DNA of 64,000 nt from Vicugna vicugna (taxonomy: Eukaryota). This document shows positions 1 to 13,177 of this stretch, in pieces (position 1 is the stretch's first letter; the number at the start of each line of letters is the position of its first letter). A program made the position numbers and the translations under genes. The stretch lies in the NCBI GenBank assembly GCA_013265495.1, contig MU061579.1, positions 3,345,319-3,409,318 of the forward strand, in the 5' to 3' direction. The notes below the pieces were generated by a model. That model was not told the DNA's origin and ran no database searches. It worked only from the letters and a program-made list of their open reading frames with translations.

Positions 1-158
1 CAGATACAAACTACTATGTACAGAAGAGATAAACAAGATCCTACTGAATAGCGAAGGGAACTATATTCAATGGCTTATAGTAACCTATAATGAAAAAGAA
101 TACAAAAAAGAATACACATATATATATAACTGAAGAAAATTTAAAAAAATTAAAAAAC
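1..158 (+). mobile_element. Lineage-specific (camelid/artiodactyl-type) L1 3' UTR end, cut by the window edge
   Basis: cagatacaaactacta...aaacaagatcctactgaatagcgaagggaactatattcaa...cctataatgaaaaagaatac matches the L1 3' UTR copies at 17020-17150 and 27860-27970; ends in an A-rich tail. Confidence 0.85.
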
Positions 159-712
159 CAAAATGAGCTATCACCTCACACCTGTCAAGATGGCTATCAT
201 CAAAAAGAACACAAATAACAAACACTGGAGAGGATGAGGAGAAAGGGGAACCCTTGCACACTGTTGGTGGGAATGTAAGTTAATGCAACCACTGTGGAGA
301 GCAGTATGGAGCTTTCTCAGAAAACTAAAAATCTAACTACCATTTGACCCAGCAATTCCTCTCCTGTGTATATATCTGAAAAAAAAACAAACAAACACAC
401 TCATTCAAAAAGTTATGTGCACCCCAATGTTCATAGAAGAATTATTTCCAATTGCTGAGATACGGAAGCAACCTAAGTGTCCATCAACAGATGAATGAAT
501 GAATAAATATATATATACATATACACACACACATACATACATATATGTATACATATACAAAAATGGGATAATCTCAGTCATAAAAAAGAATGAAAATTTT
601 GCCATTTGCAACAACATGGATGTACTTGGAGAGTATTATTATGCTAAGCAAAATAAATTAGACAAAGACAACTACTATATAATATCACTTATACATGTAA
701 TCTAAAAATTAC
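159..712 (+). mobile_element. Older L1 (L1MA/MB-like) fragment: ORF2 C-terminal region and start of 3' UTR, with an internal (TA/CA)n expansion
   Basis: aatgagctatcacctcacacctgtcaagatggctatcatcaaaaag...cccagcaattcctctcctg...ggaagcaacctaagtgtccatcaacagatgaatg are typical L1 ORF2-end motifs; colinear with 22470-22960 and 32090-32590. Confidence 0.88.
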
Positions 713-734
713 AAAATAAAGAGCTTGTCATTGT

Positions 735-1580
735 TGATAAAAAACAAGGTAGAACTTTATGTTGTCTATGGGAAAGTCATTTTAACATAAACACACAGAT
801 AAATTAACAGTAAATAGATGAATAAATATATACCATGTTAAAACTAATCAAATAAAACTGTCAGATGAAGTAAATTTAAGAAGAATAATACAAGGGAAAA
901 AGAAAGCCACTTACCTTAATACAAATTTTAATTCATGGAAAGGATATAAACACACAATACTTGCGTTCTTATATAACAGCACCTTAAATATGTGAAGCAG
1001 AAGCTAATAGAAATTAAGTGGGAAATAAACAAATACACACTCATAGCTTGAGAAATCAACACTGACCTCTCAATGATTAAAAGAAAAAGTAGGAAGAAAA
1101 TCAGTAAGAATATAACTGTGTTGAACAATACTATCAGCCAGATATACCTGATTTACATTTATAGAGTATTCTGTCCAACAAAATAGTCACAAATCATTTC
1201 AAAACTATTTAAATCATACAGTGTGTTTTCTCTGAACAAAGTTAAATTAAGTTCAAAATCAATAACACAAATGCATTTTTAAAATCTCCAAATATTTGAA
1301 AGCCAGGTAAAACAGTTCTAAATCACATGTTGGTCAAATGACAGTTCAAAAGACAACTTGGAATGTATTCTGATGTGAATGAAAATGAAAACTCAGCATA
1401 TTAAAATGGGTAGGATGCAGTTAATGAAATACTTAGATGGAAATTTGGGGCACTTTTAGTAGACACATTACTATAAAAGAGGAAACTTTCCGAATCAGTG
1501 ATCTCAGCTTTCACCTTAAGAAACTAGAAATAGAAGAGAATTGAAAAACAAAGTAGGCTAAGAAAAATAATAAAGAAATT
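735..1580 (+). mobile_element. Ancient L1 ORF2 endonuclease-region fragment (L1MC/ME-like)
   Basis: Degenerate endonuclease-region motifs (aaatatgtgaagcagaagctaatagaaatt; ttgaacaatactatcagcca; gggtaggatgcagttaatgaaatacttagatggaaattt; caccttaagaaactagaaa) colinear with 28700-29610. Confidence 0.75.
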
Positions 1581-4423
1581 GCAACAGTTGCCTGTCATGG
1601 TCTCACAGATTTGAAAGGGGAGTTAATGACAAATTATACAGAATTAGAAATATAATATTATACACATGAAACATAATATTATAAAGCAGTGTTAATGCAA
1701 AATATAAACAAGCAAATAAATAAATAAATAGATAAATTTTTTACAAAGGATAAATTGTGCTGGCATCCAATCACAAAGAACCGAGGCTAGAAGCTGGGCT
1801 TGGCAGGGAGTAACACCCAGGTTGAAACTGGAGAAGATATTTCATGATATGAATCCCTTTAATGTAGAGAGGAGCTTTTGACTCTACATTTGGATTTAAA
1901 TGAGTGTCTGGTAAGTAGTATGCGTGCTCTGGTTCATCCCAAAGCCACAGACAGGAGGGTACAGGAACTGAGTGTGAATGTCTCGCTGAAAGTGCACTCG
2001 AACAGTGGTGTTGAATAGAATAAGCTTAAGATAACTTATTGGGAAACAAGAAGGAATAGTACAACTTCTATTTTTATTTGTTTTTCATTTTTTTCCACAT
2101 GTAGCTTCTATATTTCTGTACTTATTTTGATGTACACAATAGAATAATGTACTAGTCCATGTAAATAATTTTAAACACACATTCGCTACAATACATATTA
2201 GGTGATAATATTTAATATATAATGCATAAAATATTTATCAAATAATCACACATAATAAATTATTAAGTTTAATGCAATTATTGTAATAAATAATATATAA
2301 TAAATAACAACAATAATATAATCACATATATGATTCTTTCCTTTCTTCTTTCTTTCCTTCCTGAATTTTTTTTTCTTTCTCTTCCTTCATTTCTTTCTTT
2401 CTGTCACAGATTTAGTTCGAATTCATCTTTCTAGCAGAAACCACACTGGTAATTCATATTTAGATTTCAATTTGTTTCATTCTGTCTGAAATATATTTGC
2501 AAAGCAATCTAATTCAAAACACCTATAGCTTTTAAAGCTTTTCTCAAATTGTTACACACACTGTTATAAGTAATTTAAAAGAATATTGTAAATAATTCAT
2601 CCTTAATAGGTCTTTGCAAATATTCAACTTAGTTTCTGTGGAAAACTCATCCATTTTATATCAGCATTTAACAATTTTGATGTTGGCATAAAAACCAGAT
2701 AATAACTGTAACAGATAATTATCTAACCAAATAATTAGAACAGCAGCCACAACTGGCATAAATATGCTTAGGAACAAATACTGATTAATATCGGTGAGTT
2801 TACAACTCATCCGTTCCGAGCAGAAATGTTTTAAGTATTTGGAAGATTAGCTAGTAATTGCTCTTGGTTGTTAGCAAGCCACAGTCTTTTTCAGGATATT
2901 TTTCTAAGAAAATAGGTGGGATTTGTTTACTGACTACTTAACTAATCACCCCCTAGGAGGGTTTCTAATTTATTATTATTGGTATTAAAAATTAGTATTA
3001 AAAAATCAAATGGATAGTTGTACCAAACGTTCTTTAAAACTCTTCCTTGTAGCATAATTTATATATCCATTCAATCATACAAAATTCAATTTATTGTTGA
3101 TGAATGTATTCCCATATCACTATTCCATAGCAAGCTGATATAAAATTAGACAATAATGTGTCTTTTTATTATAGAATAATATAATATCTCTAATGTTTAA
3201 TCAGAATCAGGGATAAAACAAAGAAAGGCAATGAACAACTGTATTTAATAAATTGATTTGATTCAGTGATTCTTGATTTTTAAAGCTCTTTAGTTTCAAG
3301 GATATGACTATAAAATGCATGTTCAACATCCATAAAAAGGTATTTTTCTCTGAATGGGAGAATAAATCACTTTTCTGCTTCTGGTAATATTCTTGTTCAT
3401 TTTTTCTTACAAAATATGAAATAATATAATAAAACTCATTGATAAATGGCCCATCATTTTTAGTTTGGCAATCTTATTTTCTGTGGAATAATTGAAAATG
3501 AAATGGTTTCACCTCACATATATCTACTCTACAAAATAGTAGGATTATCCAAAAATGAGAACAATTTTTCTTCCTAATAAAGAAGAGTTATGTTAATAAT
3601 TTCAAAAACAATAATATAGCTTAATTTATTTATTTCTCTCACAATGGATGAATTTCTAAAGTAGGACAGTTTGTGTTTGGGGTGGTGAGGTGACAAAGAC
3701 AGAGACAGAGAGACAGAGATTCTACATATTAAGATAACATGTTGGTTGAAATTATAAATATTTTAATATTTATAATCAAACAGGTTTGGATTTGAAAGCT
3801 GGATTAAGAATTTAACTCCTTTTTATTTTTAATTTAAAACATGGGTCTGTATATGATGAGTGATCAAAACCAGACTGTGTATCATAATAACACAGTGAGA
3901 TTTTGAAGGCTGATGCATTCTTTATTCAGAAGGGACACACGTTTCAGGAATGAATTACTCAGGAGACAGAAAAGGAAAATCGCTCCCGGCCTTGAAGAAA
4001 GAAGAGAACTTCCATTTTACTCCATATGCCCACTGTGAATCCTCTCTAGTTCAAGTTTTGGTTTGTTTTTGACTTTTTATTCTTTATAGTCCTAAAGATA
4101 AAAAGTAGAGGAGAAGGGGAAAAATAACCCTCTTCAGAGTTTAACTTATTAAGATCCTTTAACCAATTATCTTGCTTCACGGATCTGAGTTAGACCTGAA
4201 GGTACTTAATCCAAAAAAAAAAAAAAAAAGGGAGAGAGAGAGAGAGCGATTATAAATATTTGAAAACAAGTCTAGCTTAGTATATTCAAAACCAGAGTAA
4301 AATTGAGCTTAACCCTTCTGGAGCAGAATGCTTTTAGCTTCAATATGTGACCGATTAATATTTTATTTCTTTTGAGTTTGTGCTTTTTATGTCGACTTGG
4401 AAGAAGAATACTTCCTGATGAGT

Positions 4424-4487
4424 TGTGTGTGTGCGTGTGTGTGCATGTGTGTGTGTGTGTGCGTGTGTGTGCGCGTGTGTGTGTGTA
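4424..4487. repeat. (TG)n/(TGCG) compound microsatellite
   Basis: 64 nt of uninterrupted purine-pyrimidine alternation. Confidence 0.95.
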
Positions 4488-4914
4488 GATCAATACAACT
4501 TTTTTTTAGGTGTTTAGTTTTTCATGGCATCTTTAAACATTCCTAATCACAACAACCTGAACTTTGCATAAAATGGACAACTTGAAACAACTTTTCTGGA
4601 CGTTGTTTTGACTCGAGTCATCTTTTCTCACTCGTAACTCAGTTTCATGAAGACTTTCTGGATTTTTTAGGTCACTGACATCACTCCACAGTCTCATGGT
4701 TTATCTCTTATTCCTAGAATTCTATGAATATATTTGTGAATGTGACTAAAAAATTTTATAGTCCCTTTCCATTTTTCTACCATGTCTTAAACTTTAAAAA
4801 TTATATTAACACAGCATGAATTCTAATACCAATTAAACTGTATTGACTTTTTAGGTAGCAGGTATTATAAAAAATGCTATCATAAACATCTATTTAAACT
4901 GCATAACAAAATCA

Positions 4915-4975
4915 TGAAGTATTTATCATTTTGTAGATGAGGAAATCCTGTCTCAGAGTAAATAACTAGTCTGAT
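4915..4975 (-). mobile_element. MIR core fragment
   Basis: cattttgtagatgaggaaatcctgtctcagagtaaataact resembles the reverse MIR core (attttacagatgaggaaactgaggc). Confidence 0.55.
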
Positions 4976-6019
4976 TAGGCACTTTTACATATTAAGCTAA
5001 ATTGCATTAATGAATCAACTGTGTTACTATCTTTCATTACAAACCAATATTTTAAATCCTTTATCAATATCAATCATTATTCTAAGTATACATATGAAAT
5101 ATATACATGTATGTAAATATCCTTCCTTCATACCCTAAACTTTGAGGCAAGACCAATGTAGTCATGGTTGCACACAGCTGTACATTGATATTTTGAAAAA
5201 TCGAATTCATTTTCATAAAGAACTTTGAAAATTGCTAATTATACAAGTTAACAAATAGGTATCTACTCGTTTATACTACAATCTATATAATATGTTATAT
5301 TTTAATTTCTTTCTGTAAATGCATTGTGAATCCCAATGAAGAACCTGGAACCTGGTGCATACCTGTCTTCCTCATCTACTAATGAAAATTCTGTACTAAG
5401 AAAGCATTAGTCTCCTCTTTACATTCCTGTAGTGAAGTTTTTTTTTTAACTGCGTCTTGCACAAACCTCATATTTTTCCTGGCAATTTATATTATACTTT
5501 TGATATTTTTAGTTTATGCAATCGCCACGTGGCTTGTCCGCTTTGGTGATTATATCCCCAGTGCTTATTACAATGCCTATAACACAGCAGGCATTCAGAG
5601 GTGGTTTACAGGTTAACTTGCTGGCTCTACCCTCCTCTTGTTATAATTTCACATTCTTTGTTTTTACTTTTTCCCCAGGCTGGGAAGGAAATGACTTGTT
5701 CTTACATCTATGCAGAATTCATACATATGAATATATATTATCATATATGTATATACAATACATATGTAATTATATGTGTGTATATATATATATTTTTCAA
5801 ATTTAAAATCAGGATAAATAAGTATGAGGATACTAATTTATGCAATATTGCCTGTTCAGTAAGTGGCTGAGCCATTAACATAATCTAGTCAGTCAATGCA
5901 TCCTACCACATCATGGTCACAGATGTCCTATGCCTGACCATTTTCTTTTAAACTATGTTTAATCATGACAAAACCAATAATCAAGGTCCTGTAAGAGTGC
6001 ATTCTCTGCCTGTAACTTG

Positions 6020-6021
6020 AT

Positions 6022-6060
<39 letters not shown>

Positions 6061-6105
6061 TATCTATCCATCTACCTATCTACCTACTTACCTATTTATT
6101 TATCT
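6020..6105. repeat. (CA)n microsatellite followed by degenerate (TATC/TACC)n
   Basis: Direct reading of the sequence. Confidence 0.9.
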
Positions 6106-6550
6106 AACAAATGTATACCATATTATTTTTGCCAAACCATGTGTTCTAGTTGTGAAGTGTACAAATGGAATCAAATTGTTTGCAGAACACTCCTTGAGGC
6201 TTACATTTTTTTGCAAAAAATCTTGGCAACAAGCAAGTTTAAAATGTTATAGAACGTGAAAAAACAACACAGTGTTTCTTGAGAGAGAATATTGATTGGC
6301 AGTTCTGTCAGTAGCTATTTTAGATAAGGTGGTAAAAATGTCATTCTCAGGAAGTGAAATTTAAACAGAGACATAAAGATGAAGAATGAGCCATCAATGA
6401 TGGGGAAAAAATGATGAAAGGTGGAAAAAAATTGAGGCAAATGAAACAAATAGACCATGTAAATTATAAGACTATAATATTCTAGAAAATCTCAAAAGGC
6501 TAGTCTGTCCAATACATATCAGTAAGTAGCAGTGTTGCAAGAAATTATGT
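6090..6550 (-). mobile_element. L2 3' fragment (ancient)
   Basis: atttatctaacaaatgtata...gccaaaccatgtgttctag...gaggcttacatt...ttttagataaggtggtaaaaatgtcattctcaggaagtgaaatttaaacagagacat follows the reverse L2 3'-end pattern. Confidence 0.6.
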
Positions 6551-6559
6551 TTGGCCACT

Positions 6560-9510
6560 ATATATTTGGAAATCTGTCTAATCTCATTAGCAATTAGAAA
6601 AATGTATATTAAAAACAAAATGAAATAATTTGCATTCAGAAAATTGTCTACATTTTAAAATAAGGCTATATAATGTCAAGTTTTCATGAGATGAGCAGCG
6701 ATCTTATACAATGTTGGTTTGAACAGACATCTGTTGCAAGCTCTTTGGTAAACTACTTGGGATTATGTGCGTACTCTAATGCAGTAATTCCACTAAGGGA
6801 TGTATACCCTAGAGAAACACCTAACAAGAGAGCCTTAAGACATATCAAGAATGTTTAACAGAATGTGGCCTAAGACACACCCCAGAACATTATTTAGCAG
6901 ATAGTGTAATTAGCACAAATTTTCATTCACAGGAAGAAACATAAATATATCTTGGTCTCTTAGGGCATTGGAATATTATAAAGTTTAGTAAAAGACCACC
7001 GTAATTTTAAACTAAAAAGTAAACTTCAGAAAATATCAAGAAACTAGAAATAAATCTATGAAATGGTGTGCCAGAATGATACACTGCAAACTATAAAACA
7101 CTGCCACAATAAGTTAAGTAAGCTATAAATAAATGGAAATGTTTCCTGTTTTCATGGATGGAAAGATTAAATATTGCTCAATGTCAATTCTCCACAAATT
7201 GGTTTATAGAATGGATGTAATCTCAATCAAATCCTAGTAGATCCCAAAATTCATAGAAAATTTTTTTAAAAATCTGAAATTTTGCATAACAACAAATTTG
7301 GAGAAACGATCTTGCACTTTTAAATTTTGTATAAATCTAGACCAAATAATACATAGCACTACTGGCACAAACATATAAGGATAAGAGAACAGAATAATGT
7401 CCAGAAATAACCTGCTTACACCTATATTATTAATTCATTTAAGACAATTTTGCCACTGCAATTTAGTGGAGGAAGTAGTTTTTAAAATAAATTATGCTGA
7501 AATAATTAGATATCTGTATGGAAAGCCAATTAATTTGACCCCTACTTCACACCACATGCATAAATAATAGCAGTCACTTATGAAATAATCAGAAGACATA
7601 ACAAAAAAAGAAGGTCTCAGGTATAATAATGCATGCAAAAATACGCTTTAGTAAATGCAACTGGAAATGTACAGGGCTACTGGAAACTATTTTTTTTAAT
7701 TGGAAGGGAAAAATAGAATTCAACAAATGAAAAGACATACTCCATTTTGGATTTGAGGTCTCAAAGTATTAGAGAGTTCAATTCTTTTTTAATTTATGAT
7801 ATGTTTAATGCAAATGTGATTTTTAAAATTCCAAGAGTTTTTGAGTGAGAAAAAAATGATTCCAAAAATGATGTAGAAAAGCATGTAAGAATAGTTTTTA
7901 AAAATTCTTAAAAAAAGGAGAGCAATGAGAAGATATTAATACTACCAGATTTTTAAAAATGTAAGTTGGTTCTATTAAACTAATGTGATACAGGTATGGA
8001 TAAAACAGACAAAAATAAAACAAAGCAGAAAATGCAAACCATGGAAAACATACACGAGGGAAATTAGTTTAAGTGTGCACTCTCAGTCAGGAAGGAAAAG
8101 ACGGATGATTTAATACATTTGATAGAAATAACTGGATAGCCAGTTGTGAAAGAAGAAAGGAAGAAAGGATGGGAGGGAAAAAGAAGGCTCTATCTTACTC
8201 TGTTATTCAGGATAAATTTTAAACTATATAAAAAATTTTAAAAATATATAAAAACATGTAGAACAAAACCTTTGTTATCACGAGTAGGAAAAGCTCTTCT
8301 AATTATGAATCAAAATACAGAAGATAAAAGAGATGGATAAATTCAAAAACATAAAATCACAATTACAACAAAAGCACCTAAAACTCAATCCAATTAAGAA
8401 AAATTCTTAAACATATGAATAGACAATTCAAAGAAGAAAATATATGGTTGTCACTAATATTAAGCTAATGACACTTTAGCATCATCAACACAGGGAAAGA
8501 GTTTCATATGCTTTTTGATGTGTCCCCAACCCCCCATCTCCTTTGAAAACACATAAAAGACTTTTCTTGCTAACATATGATAAAAATCAATTGAAAAACG
8601 AAACAATCATCCAAAAGAAACATGTGCAAAGAATATCCACAGATATTTCAGAGAAAACCTACAAATTTTGCTGATCTTCTCATTAGAAAAAGTTCTCAGC
8701 TTCAATCATAATAAAATTAAGTAAATTAAAATTATAGGGCAATTCTATTTTCCACTTATAATATTGGCAAAAATTAAAAGCTTTGAAGCTCCAAAGATAG
8801 ACTACTTGGCAATAGCTATTAATATTTCAAATGTAGGGAAAGTTTGACTGAGCAAGTCCACTTATAGAAAATTTTTGTTTTGAAATATTCATACAGGAAC
8901 AAAATGCCATAAGCACACATTATACTTACAGCATTATTTTCTGAATATGGAAGCAGCTTCAATGTCCTTCAGTAGATTAATAGTTAAATAAATTATGCTT
9001 ATTTATTTGTAAGCAAAATTGAGTAAAATATGCTTCTCTAAAATCAATGAGAATAGGGACCTCTATGTTGTGATAATTAACTAATATAATTCCCAGACAA
9101 ATAGATCTAGGGAGAAAATTATATAATCAATCTTTGTAGATGACTCAAATCCTGTCAAAATAATGTAAGACCTCTTCTTAATTAAATACATTTGTATAAA
9201 CATTTGGATAAAAATTAAATAAAAGCAAAAGCATACCCGACACCAGAGTAGTTCCAATGTTTGAGATCTGTTTTTTTTTTTTAATTTTTTTTGTTTTTGT
9301 ATACTTTATTACAGATAAAACAATCTTGCTTGACAAACTAACAGGAAAGACAAAGAAAACAGGAGAGGATTCTTAAATACCAAAGAGGTCAATAAGCCTT
9401 TAAAACTAACTCACAAAGGAAAGGCAATAGAATAAAAATAAATAAATAAATACACACAAAACCAATCACTTCAATTACATTTAAATAAATAGTCTGAAAA
9501 TGAAAAATAC
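6560..9510 (+). mobile_element. Cluster of ancient L1 (L1MC/ME-like) ORF2 3' fragments
   Basis: Motifs such as gcagtaattccactaagggatgtataccctagagaaac, ttcatggatggaaagattaaatattgc, atgtccagaaataacc, gaccccctacttcacaccac and gaagcagcttcaatgtccttcagtagattaa; the same L1 region recurs more than once, indicating several elements. Confidence 0.7.
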
Positions 9511-9983
9511 TGCCTGCTATATCAGTAAATAAAAGATGCTTCAGCCATCATTGGCCACTTCCTGCCCCTGACAGTAAGCTGAGGGGAAATCAGGATGGAG
9601 ACAAACAGGTAGCCCTGCCTCCCTCACCTGCAATGGTGCACCCTCAGGGAACTCTCAGGATGGGAAAGAACAGGATACTGGTCCTAGGTAGCTAGGTGCA
9701 TATCAAAGGAATAATTTCAGTGAGCCCAGAATTTTGCACCTTCCCATATAGAAAAGAGCTAAATTCTTTAACTTGAGATGTCTAGTTTTCTTTAATTAAC
9801 AGTAATCTTTTGATGTTCCAGACTACCTGGTCTTTGTTGCAAAACCTCCTACATGTCCTGGCTCTTCCTTGCCTGTTTGGAGCAGATGTGGGAGAGGCTG
9901 CATTCCTGGGCTGAGGTCCTCAGAAACGTCCACTGAATGAAACACAACTCTCAACTTTTAGATTGTGCAGTTTTTTAGTAACA
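9511..9983 (+). mobile_element. ERV1-class solo LTR (~470 bp)
   Basis: GC-richer block starting TG (tgcctgctatatcagtaaat) and ending CA (ttagtaaca); flanked by atac/atag (4-bp TSD with 1 mismatch); decayed polyA signal aatgaa at 9936; 3' end tctcaacttttagattgtgc resembles cetartiodactyl ERV1 LTRs. Confidence 0.75.
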
Positions 9984-11345
9984 ATAGAAATAGTTTCATG
10001 ACAAAACTTCATTGAAAAAATAGAAAAATAAAATAGGATTAATATTTGTAACATGTATCAAAGAAAAGGACTAATCATAAAATATAAAGAACTTTTCAAA
10101 TTAAGATAACAAAATTTAAAAAATTGAAAATAAATAAAAAAGCATAAACCTAAACAAATAGTTTATAGAAAAAGATAGATATAATGAGTTAAAATATTCA
10201 ATCACTCTCATAATGAGTATAAATTTTACTGCACTGAGATACGACTATCAAATGAATTAAAATGAAAATGTTTAATAATTTTAAAACATGAAAACATCTT
10301 ACATATTTAAATAAAAATCGCATTCAAACATTGAAATCAATCTGAAACAATTCAACATAATTTTATATTATAATTAGTAGAATAAAGCATACTAGAAAAA
10401 ATTAATGGAAGTGTTTTATATTAACTTGACTATATTAAAATAATTTTTTGTGTAGCAAGTAAAACATCAATAAGGTAAAAAGGGCAAGCCACAGCCCAGG
10501 AAGCAATACTCAAAACACAGATCATCAAAAACCAACCCTATCAAAAAATAGCCAGAAAGACAATATGTAGAAGAACAACTCTGAATAACAAGTAAATATA
10601 CGGGGAAAAAACCCTTGAAGTTAGCCAAAATTTACAAAGATATTAATTCACAATCATTTTACTGTCAAAAGATGTAAATTTCCCAAATGTAAAGTATCAC
10701 CAACAAGAAACCTCATATGACAATGATGTGTTGGTATAATAGTTAAAATATTTGGAGAAAAGTTGGAAAATATTTAGTAAATTTTAAGGTACACTCTAAG
10801 TTTGTTTTGAAGTACACAAACGTGGCAATACATTGTAGAATGGTTTATCAAGAGTGTAAGAGTGGCAAAAACTTAGTGTTTATCAGTAGGAATACGAATG
10901 TAAAAATTTTGGATACTCATATATTAGAATACAATACAAGATGGATTAGAATAAACTAAGCAGATCTATGGGTATTGACATAAAAGTATCTTACAATATG
11001 CTATTGTATAAAAAGAGGAAGGTGAATGATACAGGGAGTGTAATATATTTGTGTAAGTTTAAAAATAAAAATATAAAAGCTATTTACAGACATGGAACTA
11101 TAATAACTCTTAAAAACGATGGGCCACAAAAATAACCACTGCCTTCTAGCGAGAGAAGTAGAACCATTAGATAATGGAGTCAGCTAGGGGTATCATGAGG
11201 ATAAAAGGCTATCCTTAGCCTTTTATTTATTTTAACCCATCTTAAAGAAGCATAGCAACATATTAACATTTTAACGTCTGGTTCCTATATGCATCTGTGT
11301 TTGATACTTTACTTTATGCTATTTTTAAAACTAATAAAAATAACT
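9984..11345 (+). mobile_element. Ancient L1 (L1ME-like) 3' fragments continuing after the LTR
   Basis: aatatttgtaacatgtatcaaagaaaaggactaat; aaaaagggcaagccacagcccaggaagcaatac; gggtattgacataaaagtatcttacaatatgctattg; ends near ctaataaaaa. Confidence 0.6.
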
Positions 11346-12613
11346 CTGAAGTTTCATACAGGTTTCTGGGAAGATTGCTAAGTGCTTTATGGAGATGTTT
11401 TTATAGAACAGCCCCACTAAACCTAAAGGGTGAATCTCTGATTAATTATTAAAGCAAAAAAACCTGACAAACGTAATGAATTTTAAATATTTAATGGTAC
11501 CGTGCAATTTTGTTACCTTGTGGTTCCAAGCTCTTTGATGAGTTGTGAAAGCTGCTTCTTGTACTGATATCAAAGACTCAGTTATTTTTAAATGATGATA
11601 TTCTTGATCTGTAAATTTTTTTTATCCTCTTTAAATCATTTTAGGCCTAAAATATCCTTATGAAAAACAGTGTAAATCTTCATTCTGAATTTTTTTTAAG
11701 TAACTCATTTGTCTTTTTCTAGCTTTCTAAATATGACTGCAATTTAATAACCCTCATTTGATTTTCTTTTATTGTTTTCTTAGGTCATTCTAAGTGATGG
11801 ATTGAGACTTTCCAGATAATACATGCAATTTAAAGCATACACATTTGAAAAAAAAGTTTATATTAAATAATCATAGTCTAGAGTTAATGTGTAATATTTT
11901 AACCTGTGATTCTAAGGTTATCTTTAGTTTATAGAATTAAGTATTTTCTTCTCTACCATAATAATTAGATGTATATAGAAAATTATCTATGTCATACAGA
12001 ATAGTGATGGCATTCATTACACAGAAATATTTAGAAAAAATATTGTTCAAAAAATAGTCTCAAGTTACCATTCAAGTAACAACTGTTCAAGTAATAGAAT
12101 GTTTGGTAGATATTTTAAAAAGTGTGATAAGTACTATTTTATTCATTTTCTGGTAATGAAGAATAACATATTAAAGATGACTTCTTCATGTTACAATTCA
12201 TTATTTGTATAGTGATTTTATTATGTTCTAGTCAGGTTTTAGAAAATTGCCTAAGTCTTTAGGTTAACATATATTACAATTTTTTTTCTGTTTAAGACTG
12301 AAAAACAAAACCTACCAATTGCATTTTTTTGTGTGTAGAACATCTATCTTCAAGATAGGATACAAAATGCTTGTTTATTTATTTAGGTTCATTTTCCAGG
12401 ACACTCCATCATTTTTATTTCATCTGGATTCAATTTATGTGTTGAAAACAGATTTTGTAGGCAATTTTTGTTTGTAGTAATTTTTTAGCTAGTTGTTACA
12501 GAGACTTCCAGCTGCTCCCTGAAACCCACACTGGTGTTTTTTTTTTTATATATAATGAGCAATGTTACATTTCTCTCTCTTTTCTGTTATTTGTTGCTGA
12601 ATTCTAGCCAATA

Positions 12614-13177
12614 TGATACAGGAAAATGGGACATAAGAAGATGGCCATGTCCCAGGTCCCAGGTGAGTCCCTTGGGACACACCCTGTCAAGCGAGGGTCC
12701 ATGGCTTCATGCAGGAAGGAATTCAAGAGTGAGCCACAGCTGAGTAAAAGTAGATCTATTCAGAGAGATGCACTGCATAGACCGAGTGTAGGCCACCTCA
12801 GAAGGCCAGAGGGGCCACGAGGTGTGGAGTTGTTAGTTCTTAAGGGCTTGGTTACTTCATATACTAACAAGTGGGAGGATTATTCCAACTACTTGGGGGA
12901 GGGGCTGGGATTCCCATGAATTGGGCTGAAACCCTCTTTTTGACCTTTGATGGTTAGCCTTGGAAACTGTCATGGTGCCTGGAGGAGTGCCATTTCCCAT
13001 GCTAATATATTACACTGAGCAAGCATGTAATGAAGCTCAAGGTCTACTGGAAGTCAAATCTCCCACCGTGTTGGGCCTTAAGGTCAATTGGGAGTTGAAT
13101 TTTCCATCATCTTGTTGCTAACTGCTGTGTCATTCTTTTAATGGCTGTGCCCTGCCTCCCCCTTCCTACCTGTCTCA
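12614..13177 (-). mobile_element. ERV1 solo LTR, MER41-like (564 bp)
   Basis: TG...CA termini (tgataca...tgtctca); perfect 4-bp TSD aata at 12610-12613 and 13178-13181; body (caggaaggaattcaagagtgagcc; tgggaggattattccaactac; ggaaactgtcatggtgcc) resembles MER41/MER4-group LTRs in reverse orientation. Confidence 0.82.
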
